Source of the DNA: Schmidtea nova
Lineage: Eukaryota
Length of the DNA: 64,000 nt
NCBI GenBank assembly: GCA_044892505.1
Contig: CM097882.1
Span: forward strand, 440,200,001-440,264,000
Direction of reading: 5' to 3'
Position numbers and translations under genes: made by a program. The notes under the pieces were generated by a model. It did no database searches and was not told the origin of the DNA. It worked only from the letters and a program-made list of their open reading frames with translations. This document shows positions 54,101-64,000 of the stretch, piece by piece (positions within the stretch are counted from its first letter, which is position 1; every line of letters begins with the position of its first letter).

Positions 54101-57100
54101 TTGTGCAAAGATGTTGCAGAATCCCATCTTCCAGATTCGACAGTAATTAGAAATGCAGACATAGTAGATGACATCGTTGATGAAGTAACTGAGGAACGTA
54201 AAGTTGGGCTTGAAAATGGACAAAAGTTGTTATTTGATGCATTGGATAAGGGTGAGTTAGACAATCTCAAAGGCAAAGAACTAGTTGAAAGTTTAGAAAT
54301 AATGAAAGCATTGATTCCGAAATCCAAAGCGGGAGAGAAAGAACGGAAATTTCTAGACGACGTAATAGACGATTTGAAAAAGTCTTTAAAAAGTGGATCA
54401 AAAGTGAAAATCGACAAGTCTGTTTGTGAACAATTAAAAGCTTTAGGTAAAAAGAGTGAAAAGAGATTAGTTAATTCCGATGAGGATAGCAACAAACTGC
54501 TCGAAGCAATTAGATGTTTATTTGATGAGGAAGAAGGCGAAAAAGAAAAGTTACTGAACCGGAAAGATATTGACAATTTACTGTGTGGAATAAAAGTCGC
54601 AAAAGATGCATTGAAAAATGAAATAAGTGAAGCGAAACTGATAGAGTTAGAAGAGATATTATTGAAGGAAGTCTCTGATGGAAAAGATCTCATTAGACTA
54701 GAAGCGACAGTCAATGAACCTCTCATTGGTATTCTATGTGAAGCTGTCCAAATTCAATCGAGCATTCCGGATATTGCGGAACGTATAAGAAAATCTCGAC
54801 AAGACGAAATTGAAAACAGTCGACGACCAATTGAAACAATCTTGAAAGAATTAGTGGAAACGTCAAAGAGCGATCAAATAAAATTGAAAGGCCAAGATTT
54901 ATCAAAATTGTCAAAAGCTATTGATACAATTGAAAGTAGGATTAACGAAACTCCAGACGCTGAAAGATCCAAGGAGTGGAAAGCAAATAAATCTTTACTG
55001 GAATCTATTCTCCCTAAAGTACAAGAAGTCGTTGATTGCAAATCAAAAGAATTAGATCTGAACAAAGACGAAGCACAAAGACTAAGCAAATTGTGCAAAG
55101 ATGTTGCAGAATCCCATCTTCCAGATTCGACAGTAATTAGAAATGCAGACATAGTAGATGACATCGTTGATGAAGTAACTGAGGAACGTAAAGTTGGGCT
55201 TGAAAATGGACAAAAGTTGTTATTTGATGCATTGGATAAGGATGAGTTAGACAATCTCAAAGGCAAAGAACTAGTTGAAAGTTTAGAAATAATGAAAGCA
55301 TTGATTCCGAAATCCAAAGCGGGAGAGAAAGAACGGAAATTTCTAGACGACGTAATAGACGATTTGAAAAAGTCTTTAAAAAGTGGATCAAAAGTGAAAA
55401 TCGACAAGTCTGTTTGTGAACAATTAAAAGCTTTAGGTAAAAAGAGTGAAAAGAGATTAGTTAATTCCGATGAGGATAGCAACAAACTGCTCGAAGCAAT
55501 TAGATGTTTATTTGATGAGGAAGAAGGCGAAAAAGAAAAGTTACTGAACCGGAAAGATATTGACAATTTACTGTGTGGAATAAAAGTCGCAAAAGATGCA
55601 TTGAAAAATGAAATAAGTGAAGCGAAACTGATAGAGTTAGAAGAGATATTATTGAAGGAAGTCTCTGATGGAAAAGATCTCATTAGACTAGAAGCGACAG
55701 TCAATGAACCTCTCATTGGTATTCTATGTGAAGCTGTCCAAATTCAATCGAGCATTCCGGATATTGCGGAACGTATAAGAAAATCTCGACAAGACGAAAT
55801 TGAAAACAGTCGACGACCAATTGAAACAATCTTGAAAGAATTAGTGGAAACGTCAAAGAGCGATCAAATAAAATTGAAAGGCCAAGATTTATCAAAATTG
55901 TCAAAAGCTATTGATACAATTGAAAGTAGGATTAACGAAACTCCAGACGCTGAAAGATCCAAGGAGTGGAAAGCAAATAAATCTTTACTGGAATCTATTC
56001 TCCCTAAAGTACAAGAAGTCGTTGATTGCAAATCAAAAGAATTAGATCTGAACAAAGACGAAGCACAAAGACTAAGCAAATTGTGCAAAGATGTTGCAGA
56101 ATCCCATCTTCCAGATTCGACAGTAATTAGAAATGCAGACATAGTAGATGACATCGTTGATGAAGTAACTGAGGAACGTAAAGTTGGGCTTGAAAATGGA
56201 CAAAAGTTGTTATTTGATGCATTGGATAAGGATGAGTTAGACAATCTCAAAGGCAAAGAACTAGTTGAAAGTTTAGAAATAATGAAAGCATTGATTCCGA
56301 AATCCAAAGCGGGAGAGAAAGAACGGAAATTTCTAGACGACGTAATAGACGATTTGAAAAAGTCTTTAAAAAGTGGATCAAAAGTGAAAATCGACAAGTC
56401 TGTTTGTGAACAATTAAAAGCTTTAGGTAAAAAGAGTGAAAAGAGATTAGTTAATTCCGATGAGGATAGCAACAAACTGCTCGAAGCAATTAGATGTTTA
56501 TTTGATGAGGAAGAAGGCGAAAAAGAAAAGTTACTGAACCGGAAAGATATTGACAATTTACTGTGTGGAATAAAAGTCGCAAAAGATGCATTGAAAAATG
56601 AAATAAGTGAAGCGAAACTGATAGAGTTAGAAGAGATATTATTGAAGGAAGTCTCTGATGGAAAAGATCTCATTAGACTAGAAGCGACAGTCAATGAACC
56701 TCTCATTGGTATTCTATGTGAAGCTGTCCAAATTCAATCGAGCATTCCGGATATTGCGGAACGTATAAGAAAATCTCGACAAGACGAAATTGAAAACAGT
56801 CGACGACCAATTGAAACAATCTTGAAAGAATTAGTGGAAACGTCAAAGAGCGATCAAATAAAATTGAAAGGCCAAGATTTATCAAAATTGTCAAAAGCTA
56901 TTGATACAATTGAAAGTAGGATTAACGAAACTCCAGACGCTGAAAGATCCAAGGAGTGGAAAGCAAATAAATCTTTACTGGAATCTATTCTCCCTAAAGT
57001 ACAAGAAGTCGTTGATTGCAAATCAAAAGAATTAGATCTGAACAAAGACGAAGCACAAAGACTAAGCAAATTGTGCAAAGATGTTGCAGAATCCCATCTT

Positions 57101-60100
57101 CCAGATTCGACAGTAATTAGAAATGCAGACATAGTAGATGACATCGTTGATGAAGTAACTGAGGAACGTAAAGTTGGGCTTGAAAATGGACAAAAGTTGT
57201 TATTTGATGCATTGGATAAGGATGAGTTAGACAATCTCAAAGGCAAAGAACTAGTTGAAAGTTTAGAAATAATGAAAGCATTGATTCCGAAATCCAAAGC
57301 GGGAGAGAAAGAACGGAAATTTCTAGACGACGTAATAGACGATTTGAAAAAGTCTTTAAAAAGTGGATCAAAAGTGAAAATCGACAAGTCTGTTTGTGAA
57401 CAATTAAAAGCTTTAGGTAAAAAGAGTGAAAAGAGATTAGTTAATTCCGATGAGGATAGCAACAAACTGCTCGAAGCAATTAGATGTTTATTTGATGAGG
57501 AAGAAGACGAAAAAGAAAAGTTACTGAACCGGAAAGATATTGACAATTTACTGTGTGGAATAAAAGTCGCAAAAGATGCATTGAAAAATGAAATAAGTGA
57601 AGCGAAACTGATAGAGTTAGAAGAGATATTATTGAAGGAAGTCTCTGATGGAAAAGATCTCATTAGACTAGAAGCGACAGTCAATGAACCTCTCATTGGT
57701 ATTCTATGTGAAGCTGTCCAAATTCAATCGAGCATTCCGGATATTGCGGAACGTATAAGAAAATCTCGACAAGACGAAATTGAAAACAGTCGACGACCAA
57801 TTGAAACAATCTTGAAAGAATTAGTGGAAACGTCAAAGAGCGATCAAATAAAATTGAAAGGCCAAGATTTATCAAAATTGTCAAAAGCTATTGATACAAT
57901 TGAAAGTAGGATTAACGAAACTCCAGACGCTGAAAGATCCAAGGAGTGGAAAGCAAATAAATCTTTACTGGAATCTATTCTCCCTAAAGTACAAGAAGTC
58001 GTTGATTGCAAATCAAAAGAATTAGATCTGAACAAAGACGAAGCACAAAGACTAAGCAAATTGTGCAAAGATGTTGCAGAATCCCATCTTCCAGATTCGA
58101 CAGTAATTAGAAATGCAGACATAGTAGATGACATCGTTGATGAAGTAACTGAGGAACGTAAAGTTGGGCTTGAAAATGGACAAAAGTTGTTATTTGATGC
58201 ATTGGATAAGGGTGAGTTAGACAATCTCAAAGGCAAAGAACTAGTTGAAAGTTTAGAAATAATGAAAGCATTGATTCCGAAATCCAAAGCGGGAGAGAAA
58301 GAACGGAAATTTCTAGACGACGTAATAGACGATTTGAAAAAGTCTTTAAAAAGTGGATCAAAAGTGAAAATCGACAAGTCTGTTTGTGAACAATTAAAAG
58401 CTTTAGGTAAAAAGAGTGAAAAGAGATTAGTTAATTCCGATGAGGATAGCAACAAACTGCTCGAAGCAATTAGATGTTTATTTGATGAGGAAGAAGGCGA
58501 AAAAGAAAAGTTACTGAACCGGAAAGATATTGACAATTTACTGTGTGGAATAAAAGTCGCAAAAGATGCATTGAAAAATGAAATAAGTGAAGCGAAACTG
58601 ATAGAGTTAGAAGAGATATTATTGAAGGAAGTCTCTGATGGAAAAGATCTCATTAGACTAGAAGCGACAGTCAATGAACCTCTCATTGGTATTCTATGTG
58701 AAGCTGTCCAAATTCAATCGAGCATTCCGGATATTGCGGAACGTATAAGAAAATCTCGACAAGACGAAATTGAAAACAGTCGACGACCAATTGAAACAAT
58801 CTTGAAAGAATTAGTGGAAACGTCAAAGAGCGATCAAATAAAATTGAAAGGCCAAGATTTATCAAAATTGTCAAAAGCTATTGATACAATTGAAAGTAGG
58901 ATTAATGAAACTCCAGACGCTGAAAGATCCAAGGAGTGGAAAGCAAATAAATCTTTACTGGAATCTATTCTCCCTAAAGTACAAGAAGTCGTTGATTGCA
59001 AATCAAAAGAATTAGATCTGAACAAAGACGAAGCACAAAGACTAAGCAAATTGTGCAAAGATGTTGCAGAATCCCATCTTCCAGATTCGACAGTAATTAG
59101 AAATGCAGACATAGTAGATGACATCGTTGATGAAGTAACTGAGGAACGTAAAGTTGGGCTTGAAAATGGACAAAAGTTGTTATTTGATGCATTGGATAAG
59201 GGTGAGTTAGACAATCTCAAAGGCAAAGAACTAGTTGAAAGTTTAGAAATAATGAAAGCATTGATTCCGAAATCCAAAGCGGGAGAGAAAGAACGGAAAT
59301 TTCTAGACGACGTAATAGACGATTTGAAAAAGTCTTTAAAAAGTGGATCAAAAGTGAAAATCGACAAGTCTGTTTGTGAACAATTAAAAGCTTTAGGTAA
59401 AAAGAGTGAAAAGAGATTAGTTAATTCCGATGAGGATAGCAACAAACTGCTCGAAGCAATTAGATGTTTATTTGATGAGGAAGAAGGCGAAAAAGAAAAG
59501 TTACTGAACCGGAAAGATATTGACAATTTACTGTGTGGAATAAAAGTCGCAAAAGATGCATTGAAAAATGAAATAAGTGAAGCGAAACTGATAGAGTTAG
59601 AAGAGATATTATTGAAGGAAGTCTCTGATGGAAAAGATCTCATTAGACTAGAAGCGACAGTCAATGAACCTCTCATTGGTATTCTATGTGAAGCTGTCCA
59701 AATTCAATCGAGCATTCCGGATATTGCGGAACGTATAAGAAAATCTCGACAAGACGAAATTGAAAACAGTCGACGACCAATTGAAACAATCTTGAAAGAA
59801 TTAGTGGAAACGTCAAAGAGCGATCAAATAAAATTGAAAGGCCAAGATTTATCAAAATTGTCAAAAGCTATTGATACAATTGAAAGTAGGATTAACGAAA
59901 CTCCAGACGCTGAAAGATCCAAGGAGTGGAAAGCAAATAAATCTTTACTGGAATCTATTCTCCCTAAAGTACAAGAAGTCGTTGATTGCAAATCAAAAGA
60001 ATTAGATCTGAACAAAGACGAAGCACAAAGACTAAGCAAATTGTGCAAAGATGTTGCAGAATCCCATCTTCCAGATTCGACAGTAATTAGAAATGCAGAC

Positions 60101-63100
60101 ATAGTAGATGACATCGTTGATGAAGTAACTGAGGAACGTAAAGTTGGGCTTGAAAATGGACAAAAGTTGTTATTTGATGCATTGGATAAGGGTGAGTTAG
60201 ACAATCTCAAAGGCAAAGAACTAGTTGAAAGTTTAGAAATAATGAAAGCATTGATTCCGAAATCCAAAGCGGGAGAGAAAGAACGGAAATTTCTAGACGA
60301 CGTAATAGACGATTTGAAAAAGTCTTTAAAAAGTGGATCAAAAGTGAAAATCGACAAGTCTGTTTGTGAACAATTAAAAGCTTTAGGTAAAAAGAGTGAA
60401 AAGAGATTAGTTAATTCCGATGAGGATAGCAACAAACTGCTCGAAGCAATTAGATGTTTATTTGATGAGGAAGAAGGCGAAAAAGAAAAGTTACTGAACC
60501 GGAAAGATATTGACAATTTACTGTGTGGAATAAAAGTCGCAAAAGATGCATTGAAAAATGAAATAAGTGAAGCGAAACTGATAGAGTTAGAAGAGATATT
60601 ATTGAAGGAAGTCTCTGATGGAAAAGATCTCATTAGACTAGAAGCGACAGTCAATGAACCTCTCATTGGTATTCTATGTGAAGCTGTCCAAATTCAATCG
60701 AGCATTCCGGATATTGCGGAACGTATAAGAAAATCTCGACAAGACGAAATTGAAAACAGTCGACGACCAATTGAAACAATCTTGAAAGAATTAGTGGAAA
60801 CGTCAAAGAGCGATCAAATAAAATTGAAAGGCCAAGATTTATCAAAATTGTCAAAAGCTATTGATACAATTGAAAGTAGGATTAACGAAACTCCAGACGC
60901 TGAAAGATCCAAGGAGTGGAAAGCAAATAAATCTTTACTGGAATCTATTCTCCCTAAAGTACAAGAAGTCGTTGATTGCAAATCAAAAGAATTAGATCTG
61001 AACAAAGACGAAGCACAAAGACTAAGCAAATTGTGCAAAGATGTTGCAGAATCCCATCTTCCAGATTCGACAGTAATTAGAAATGCAGACATAGTAGATG
61101 ACATCGTTGATGAAGTAACTGAGGAACGTAAAGTTGGGCTTGAAAATGGACAAAAGTTGTTATTTGATGCATTGGATAAGGGTGAGTTAGACAATCTCAA
61201 AGGCAAAGAACTAGTTGAAAGTTTAGAAATAATGAAAGCATTGATTCCGAAATCCAAAGCGGGAGAGAAAGAACGGAAATTTCTAGACGACGTAATAGAC
61301 GATTTGAAAAAGTCTTTAAAAAGTGGATCAAAAGTGAAAATCGACAAGTCTGTTTGTGAACAATTAAAAGCTTTAGGTAAAAAGAGTGAAAAGAGATTAG
61401 TTAATTCCGATGAGGATAGCAACAAACTGCTCGAAGCAATTAGATGTTTATTTGATGAGGAAGAAGGCGAAAAAGAAAAGTTACTGAACCGGAAAGATAT
61501 TGACAATTTACTGTGTGGAATAAAAGTCGCAAAAGATGCATTGAAAAATGAAATAAGTGAAGCGAAACTGATAGAGTTAGAAGAGATATTATTGAAGGAA
61601 GTCTCTGATGGAAAAGATCTCATTAGACTAGAAGCGACAGTCAATGAACCTCTCATTGGTATTCTATGTGAAGCTGTCCAAATTCAATCGAGCATTCCGG
61701 ATATTGCGGAACGTATAAGAAAATCTCGACAAGACGAAATTGAAAACAGTCGACGACCAATTGAAACAATCTTGAAAGAATTAGTGGAAACGTCAAAGAG
61801 CGATCAAATAAAATTGAAAGGCCAAGATTTATCAAAATTGTCAAAAGCTATTGATACAATTGAAAGTAGGATTAACGAAACTCCAGACGCTGAAAGATCC
61901 AAGGAGTGGAAAGCAAATAAATCTTTACTGGAATCTATTCTCCCTAAAGTACAAGAAGTCGTTGATTGCAAATCAAAAGAATTAGATCTGAACAAAGACG
62001 AAGCACAAAGACTAAGCAAATTGTGCAAAGATGTTGCAGAATCCCATCTTCCAGATTCGACAGTAATTAGAAATGCAGACATAGTAGATGACATCGTTGA
62101 TGAAGTAACTGAGGAACGTAAAGTTGGGCTTGAAAATGGACAAAAGTTGTTATTTGATGCATTGGATAAGGATGAGTTAGACAATCTCAAAGGCAAAGAA
62201 CTAGTTGAAAGTTTAGAAATAATGAAAGCATTGATTCCGAAATCCAAAGCGGGAGAGAAAGAACGGAAATTTCTAGACGACGTAATAGACGATTTGAAAA
62301 AGTCTTTAAAAAGTGGATCAAAAGTGAAAATCGACAAGTCTGTTTGTGAACAATTAAAAGCTTTAGGTAAAAAGAGTGAAAAGAGATTAGTTAATTCCGA
62401 TGAGGATAGCAACAAACTGCTCGAAGCAATTAGATGTTTATTTGATGAGGAAGAAGGCGAAAAAGAAAAGTTACTGAACCGGAAAGATATTGACAATTTA
62501 CTGTGTGGAATAAAAGTCGCAAAAGATGCATTGAAAAATGAAATAAGTGAAGCGAAACTGATAGAGTTAGAAGAGATATTATTGAAGGAAGTCTCTGATG
62601 GAAAAGATCTCATTAGACTAGAAGCGACAGTCAATGAACCTCTCATTGGTATTCTATGTGAAGCTGTCCAAATTCAATCGAGCATTCCGGATATTGCGGA
62701 ACGTATAAGAAAATCTCGACAAGACGAAATTGAAAACAGTCGACGACCAATTGAAACAATCTTGAAAGAATTAGTGGAAACGTCAAAGAAGGATCAAATA
62801 AAATTGAAAGGCCAAGATTTATCAAAATTGTCAAAAGCTATTGATACAATTGAAAGTAGGATTAACGAAACTCCAGACGCTGAAAGATCCAAGGAGTGGA
62901 AAGCAAATAAATCTTTACTGGAATCTATTCTCCCTAAAGTACAAGAAGTCGTTGATTGCAAATCAAAAGAATTAGATCTGAACAAAGACGAAGCACAAAG
63001 ACTAAGCAAATTGTGCAAAGATGTTGCAGAATCCCATCTTCCAGATTCGACAGTAATTAGAAATGCAGACATAGTAGATGACATCGTTGATGAAGTAACT

Positions 63101-64000
63101 GAGGAACGTAAAGTTGGGCTTGAAAATGGACAAAAGTTGTTATTTGATGCATTGGATAAGGGTGAGTTAGACAATCTCAAAGGCAAAGAACTAGTTGAAA
63201 GTTTAGAAATAATGAAAGCATTGATTCCGAAATCCAAAGCGGGAGAGAAAGAACGGAAATTTCTAGACGACGTAATAGACGATTTGAAAAAGTCTTTAAA
63301 AAGTGGATCAAAAGTGAAAATCGACAAGTCTGTTTGTGAACAATTAAAAGCTTTAGGTAAAAAGAGTGAAAAGAGATTAGTTAATTCCGATGAGGATAGC
63401 AACAAACTGCTCGAAGCAATTAGATGTTTATTTGATGAGGAAGAAGGCGAAAAAGAAAAGTTACTGAACCGGAAAGATATTGACAATTTACTGTGTGGAA
63501 TAAAAGTCGCAAAAGATGCATTGAAAAATGAAATAAGTGAAGCGAAACTGATAGAGTTAGAAGAGATATTATTGAAGGAAGTCTCTGATGGAAAAGATCT
63601 CATTAGACTAGAAGCGACAGTCAATGAACCTCTCATTGGTATTCTATGTGAAGCTGTCCAAATTCAATCGAGCATTCCGGATATTGCGGAACGTATAAGA
63701 AAATCTCGACAAGACGAAATTGAAAACAGTCGACGACCAATTGAAACAATCTTGAAAGAATTAGTGGAAACGTCAAAGAGCGATCAAATAAAATTGAAAG
63801 GCCAAGATTTATCAAAATTGTCAAAAGCTATTGATACAATTGAAAGTAGGATTAATGAAACTCCAGACGCTGAAAGATCCAAGGAGTGGAAAGCAAATAA
63901 ATCTTTACTGGAATCTATTCTCCCTAAAGTACAAGAAGTCGTTGATTGCAAATCAAAAGAATTAGATCTGAACAAAGACGAAGCACAAAGACTAAGCAAA
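1482..64000 (+). CDS. Multi-exon gene model: kinesin-3 (STARD9/KIF16-like) motor joined to a giant tandem-repeat tail; 5' and 3' ends lie outside the window
   Basis: 15 exons with GT-AG boundaries read by eye: 1482-1554, 1599-1666, 4039-4145, 4192-4305, 7242-7339, 7387-7458, 7504-7539, 7601-7672, 10668-10692, 10734-10762, 19553-19593, 19644-20184, 20223-20300, 25686-25768, 33837->64000. Reading phase is consistent at 13 of 14 junctions. The exception is 10762/19553, across an 8.8-kb intron containing N gaps. Confidence 0.65.
2472..2501. repeat. (TA)n microsatellite
   Basis: Perfect TA dinucleotide run. Confidence 0.95.
3291..3775. repeat. Chain of alternating inverted repeats (palindromes), bounded and interrupted by N gaps
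   Basis: Arm 3291-3354 is nearly the reverse complement of 3364-3427 (9-nt spacer). A second palindrome is centred at 3719-3721. Segments 3428-3467 and 3623-3662 are reverse complements flanking the gap 3468-3620. Confidence 0.9.
3321..3362 (-). ncRNA. Candidate type I hammerhead ribozyme (U3:A8 variant, Penelope-type)
   Basis: Minus strand reads aauacacac UUGAUAA a GGC ugu GCC GAAA UAUU / guguuauu. This gives a core with compensatory U3-A8, a 3-bp stem II, palindromic AUAU stem III, and stem I of 4 bp + 1-nt bulge + 4 bp. Predicted cut between 3329 and 3328. Folded by eye only. Confidence 0.55.
4039..4305 (+). CDS. Kinesin motor exons (4039-4145, 4192-4305)
   Basis: Translation [36 protein letters not shown] / [38 protein letters not shown]. 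[13 protein letters not shown] is typical of kinesin-3. The 46-nt intron is 4146-4191, and the phase joins exon 1599-1666. Confidence 0.95.
5879..5956 (-). pseudogene. Histone H2B-derived fragment
   Basis: [26 protein letters not shown] aligns to canonical H2B [26 protein letters not shown] at 18 of 26 positions. Flanking codons do not resemble H2B. Confidence 0.75.
7242..7672 (+). CDS. Kinesin motor end, neck and first coiled coil (exons 7242-7339, 7387-7458, 7504-7539, 7601-7672)
   Basis: Translation [33 protein letters not shown] / [24 protein letters not shown] / [12 protein letters not shown] / [24 protein letters not shown]. ETxxTLRFA and [20 protein letters not shown] motifs are kinesin-3 hallmarks. 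Introns are 47, 45 and 61 nt. Confidence 0.92.
9882..10055. mobile_element. hAT (Charlie/Buster-like) MITE, 174 bp
   Basis: TIRs cagcggttctcaaa and tttcagaaccgctg (13/14 match). No intact 8-bp TSD is seen. Confidence 0.7.
10668..10762 (+). CDS. Two putative micro-exons (10668-10692, 25 nt; 10734-10762, 29 nt)
   Basis: GC-richer islands in AT-rich DNA with ag/gt boundaries and a 41-nt intron. Together they give 18 in-frame codons [18 protein letters not shown], and phase 0 matches the preceding exon. Confidence 0.6.
11599..11819. mobile_element. piggyBac-type MITE, 221 bp
   Basis: Perfect 15-bp TIRs CCACTTCATGCTTGG / CCAAGCATGAAGTGG. TTAA lies at 11595-11598 and GTAA (one mismatch) at 11820-11823. 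Confidence 0.8.
14982..15631. mobile_element. Non-autonomous hAT element (650 bp) with perfect 8-bp TSD
   Basis: TIRs CAGGGCCGGCT on both ends, with TSD tgtatgca at 14974-14981 and 15632-15639. It retains a hAT C-terminal remnant [13 protein letters not shown] just after 15311. Confidence 0.92.
15066..15303. mobile_element. hAT (Buster/Charlie-like) MITE, 238 bp, nested in the previous element
   Basis: TIRs caggggtcggtaac / gttgccgacccctg, with perfect TSD atgtaaat at 15058-15065 and 15304-15311. Confidence 0.93.
19553..20300 (+). CDS. Ser-rich linker exons of the kinesin gene (19553-19593, 19644-20184, 20223-20300)
   Basis: The three exons are separated by 50-nt and 38-nt GT-AG introns and are mutually in phase. 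The middle exon contains the track ORF 19805-20188 (…[45 protein letters not shown]…). Confidence 0.7.
20648..21425. mobile_element. hAT-type MITE with internal insertion and (TA)n
   Basis: Ends cagggtttcccaa and ttagggaacccctg are inverted. Flanks gtaaaaag / ttataaag match at 6/8, consistent with a decayed TSD. A caggcccg...gggcccgggcc end of another element starts at 20751. Confidence 0.6.
21050..21110. repeat. (TA)n microsatellite
   Basis: Perfect TA run of about 60 bp. Confidence 0.95.
22540..23350 (-). mobile_element. Degenerate hAT transposase fragments (internally deleted)
   Basis: Minus-strand pieces [35 protein letters not shown] (hAT CxxH motif) and [22 protein letters not shown]. 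Stops and frameshifts are present. Confidence 0.8.
24022..24630. repeat. Modular minisatellite built on ttggagggatctgtattctttcaaagatttt
   Basis: About a dozen core copies with two recurring linkers: aattagaatattaa (giving a 45-bp unit) and cttttcgtaagcttgataatatttgttgcagata. Confidence 0.9.
25686..25768 (+). CDS. Isolated 83-nt exon of the kinesin gene
   Basis: acag/…/gtaata boundaries; translation [29 protein letters not shown]. It starts in phase 2 (matching 20300) and ends in phase 1 (matching 33837). Confidence 0.7.
27135..30574 (-). mobile_element. Near-intact autonomous-type hAT DNA transposon (3,440 bp)
   Basis: TIRs CAGGGCCGGCCCTAG and CAGGCCCGGCCTTAG (13/15). Perfect 8-bp TSD cctggata at 27127-27134 and 30575-30582. 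Encodes a transposase on the minus strand. Confidence 0.95.
27458..29991 (-). pseudogene. hAT transposase (TTF-type Zn finger, ZMYM1-like DUF4371 core, hAT dimerisation domain) with two lesions
   Basis: Track ORFs 29707-29991, 27778-29694 and 27458-27790. Motifs: [71 protein letters not shown]. One in-frame TAA at 29707-29709 and one frameshift near 27810. Confidence 0.92.
30976..31025 (-). ncRNA. Candidate type I hammerhead ribozyme 3' of a Penelope-like element
   Basis: Minus strand reads auuagaga UUGACGA g GAUUAU uuu AUAAUC GAAA AUUU / ucuc acu uaau. This gives a U3:G8 core, 6-bp stem II, palindromic AAUU stem III, and stem I of 4 bp + 3-nt bulge + 4 bp. Predicted cut between 30987 and 30986. 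Confidence 0.55.
31458..32025 (-). mobile_element. Penelope-like retroelement 3' fragment (GIY-YIG endonuclease), degenerate
   Basis: [20 protein letters not shown]…TCKMENC…[34 protein letters not shown]…SSVYRHL, then in another frame [31 protein letters not shown]. This is the Penelope GIY-YIG layout, with the YIG glycine mutated to E and a frameshift. Confidence 0.85.
32026..32330 (-). mobile_element. Internally deleted mariner fragment
   Basis: Minus-strand [10 protein letters not shown] (N-terminal region) joined to [21 protein letters not shown]…[13 protein letters not shown]. Confidence 0.8.
32985..33402 (+). pseudogene. act: Actin pseudogene fragment (central part), no introns seen
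   Basis: Pieces EEH…[65 protein letters not shown]…[17 protein letters not shown]…YIALDF*LEM…SSLEK match conserved actin. Multiple stops and frameshifts. Confidence 0.92.
33837..64000 (+). CDS. Giant coding exon, open for at least 10,054 codons (frame +2), running off the window
   Basis: Acceptor atttag at 33831-33836. Codons start at 33839 ([13 protein letters not shown]…). Frame read without a stop through 726 unique codons into the repeats. K/E/D/L/I-rich codon usage; no indel in any repeat copy. Confidence 0.9.
36017..64000 (+). repeat. Coding tandem array: 28 full + 0.27 copies of a 990-bp (330-aa) unit, >99% identical
   Basis: Unit starts at 36017 + 990n (checked at 37007 and 63737). 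Unit protein [55 protein letters not shown]…[21 protein letters not shown]. The exact 990-bp periodicity is also visible in the ORF track. Confidence 0.98.

Noticed and set aside
36064-63999. Repeated minus-strand 280-aa and 63-aa ORFs in the track
   Set aside because: They are antisense shadows. Their S/L/F-rich content is the reverse complement of the K/E/D-rich + strand frame, which is continuous across all units and has a splice acceptor.
1-64000. Species assignment
   Set aside because: AT-richness, ~45-nt introns and the transposon set fit several invertebrate or protist lineages. It cannot be decided without a database search.

Overview
AT-rich eukaryotic genomic DNA with spliceosomal GT-AG introns and several N gaps. 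No rRNA, tRNA, CRISPR array or prokaryotic operon is seen. One + strand gene appears to span the window. Fourteen small or medium exons (1482-25768) encode the C-terminal half of a kinesin-3 motor most like the STARD9/KIF16 group, plus neck and low-complexity linker. They are followed, in matching splice phase, by one enormous exon starting at 33837 that has no stop codon before the window ends (at least 10,054 codons). The ORF track misses this frame, apparently because it never closes, and shows only antisense shadows. From 36017 the exon consists of 28.3 near-identical 990-bp (330-aa) tandem repeats, each apparently built from about six older helical modules. The long introns hold transposon debris: pogo, mariner, a near-intact hAT inside a mariner, nested hAT MITEs, a piggyBac-type MITE and a Penelope GIY-YIG fragment. 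They also hold actin and histone H2B fragments and two candidate variant type I hammerhead ribozymes. All exon calls, motif matches and folds were read by eye, not computed.
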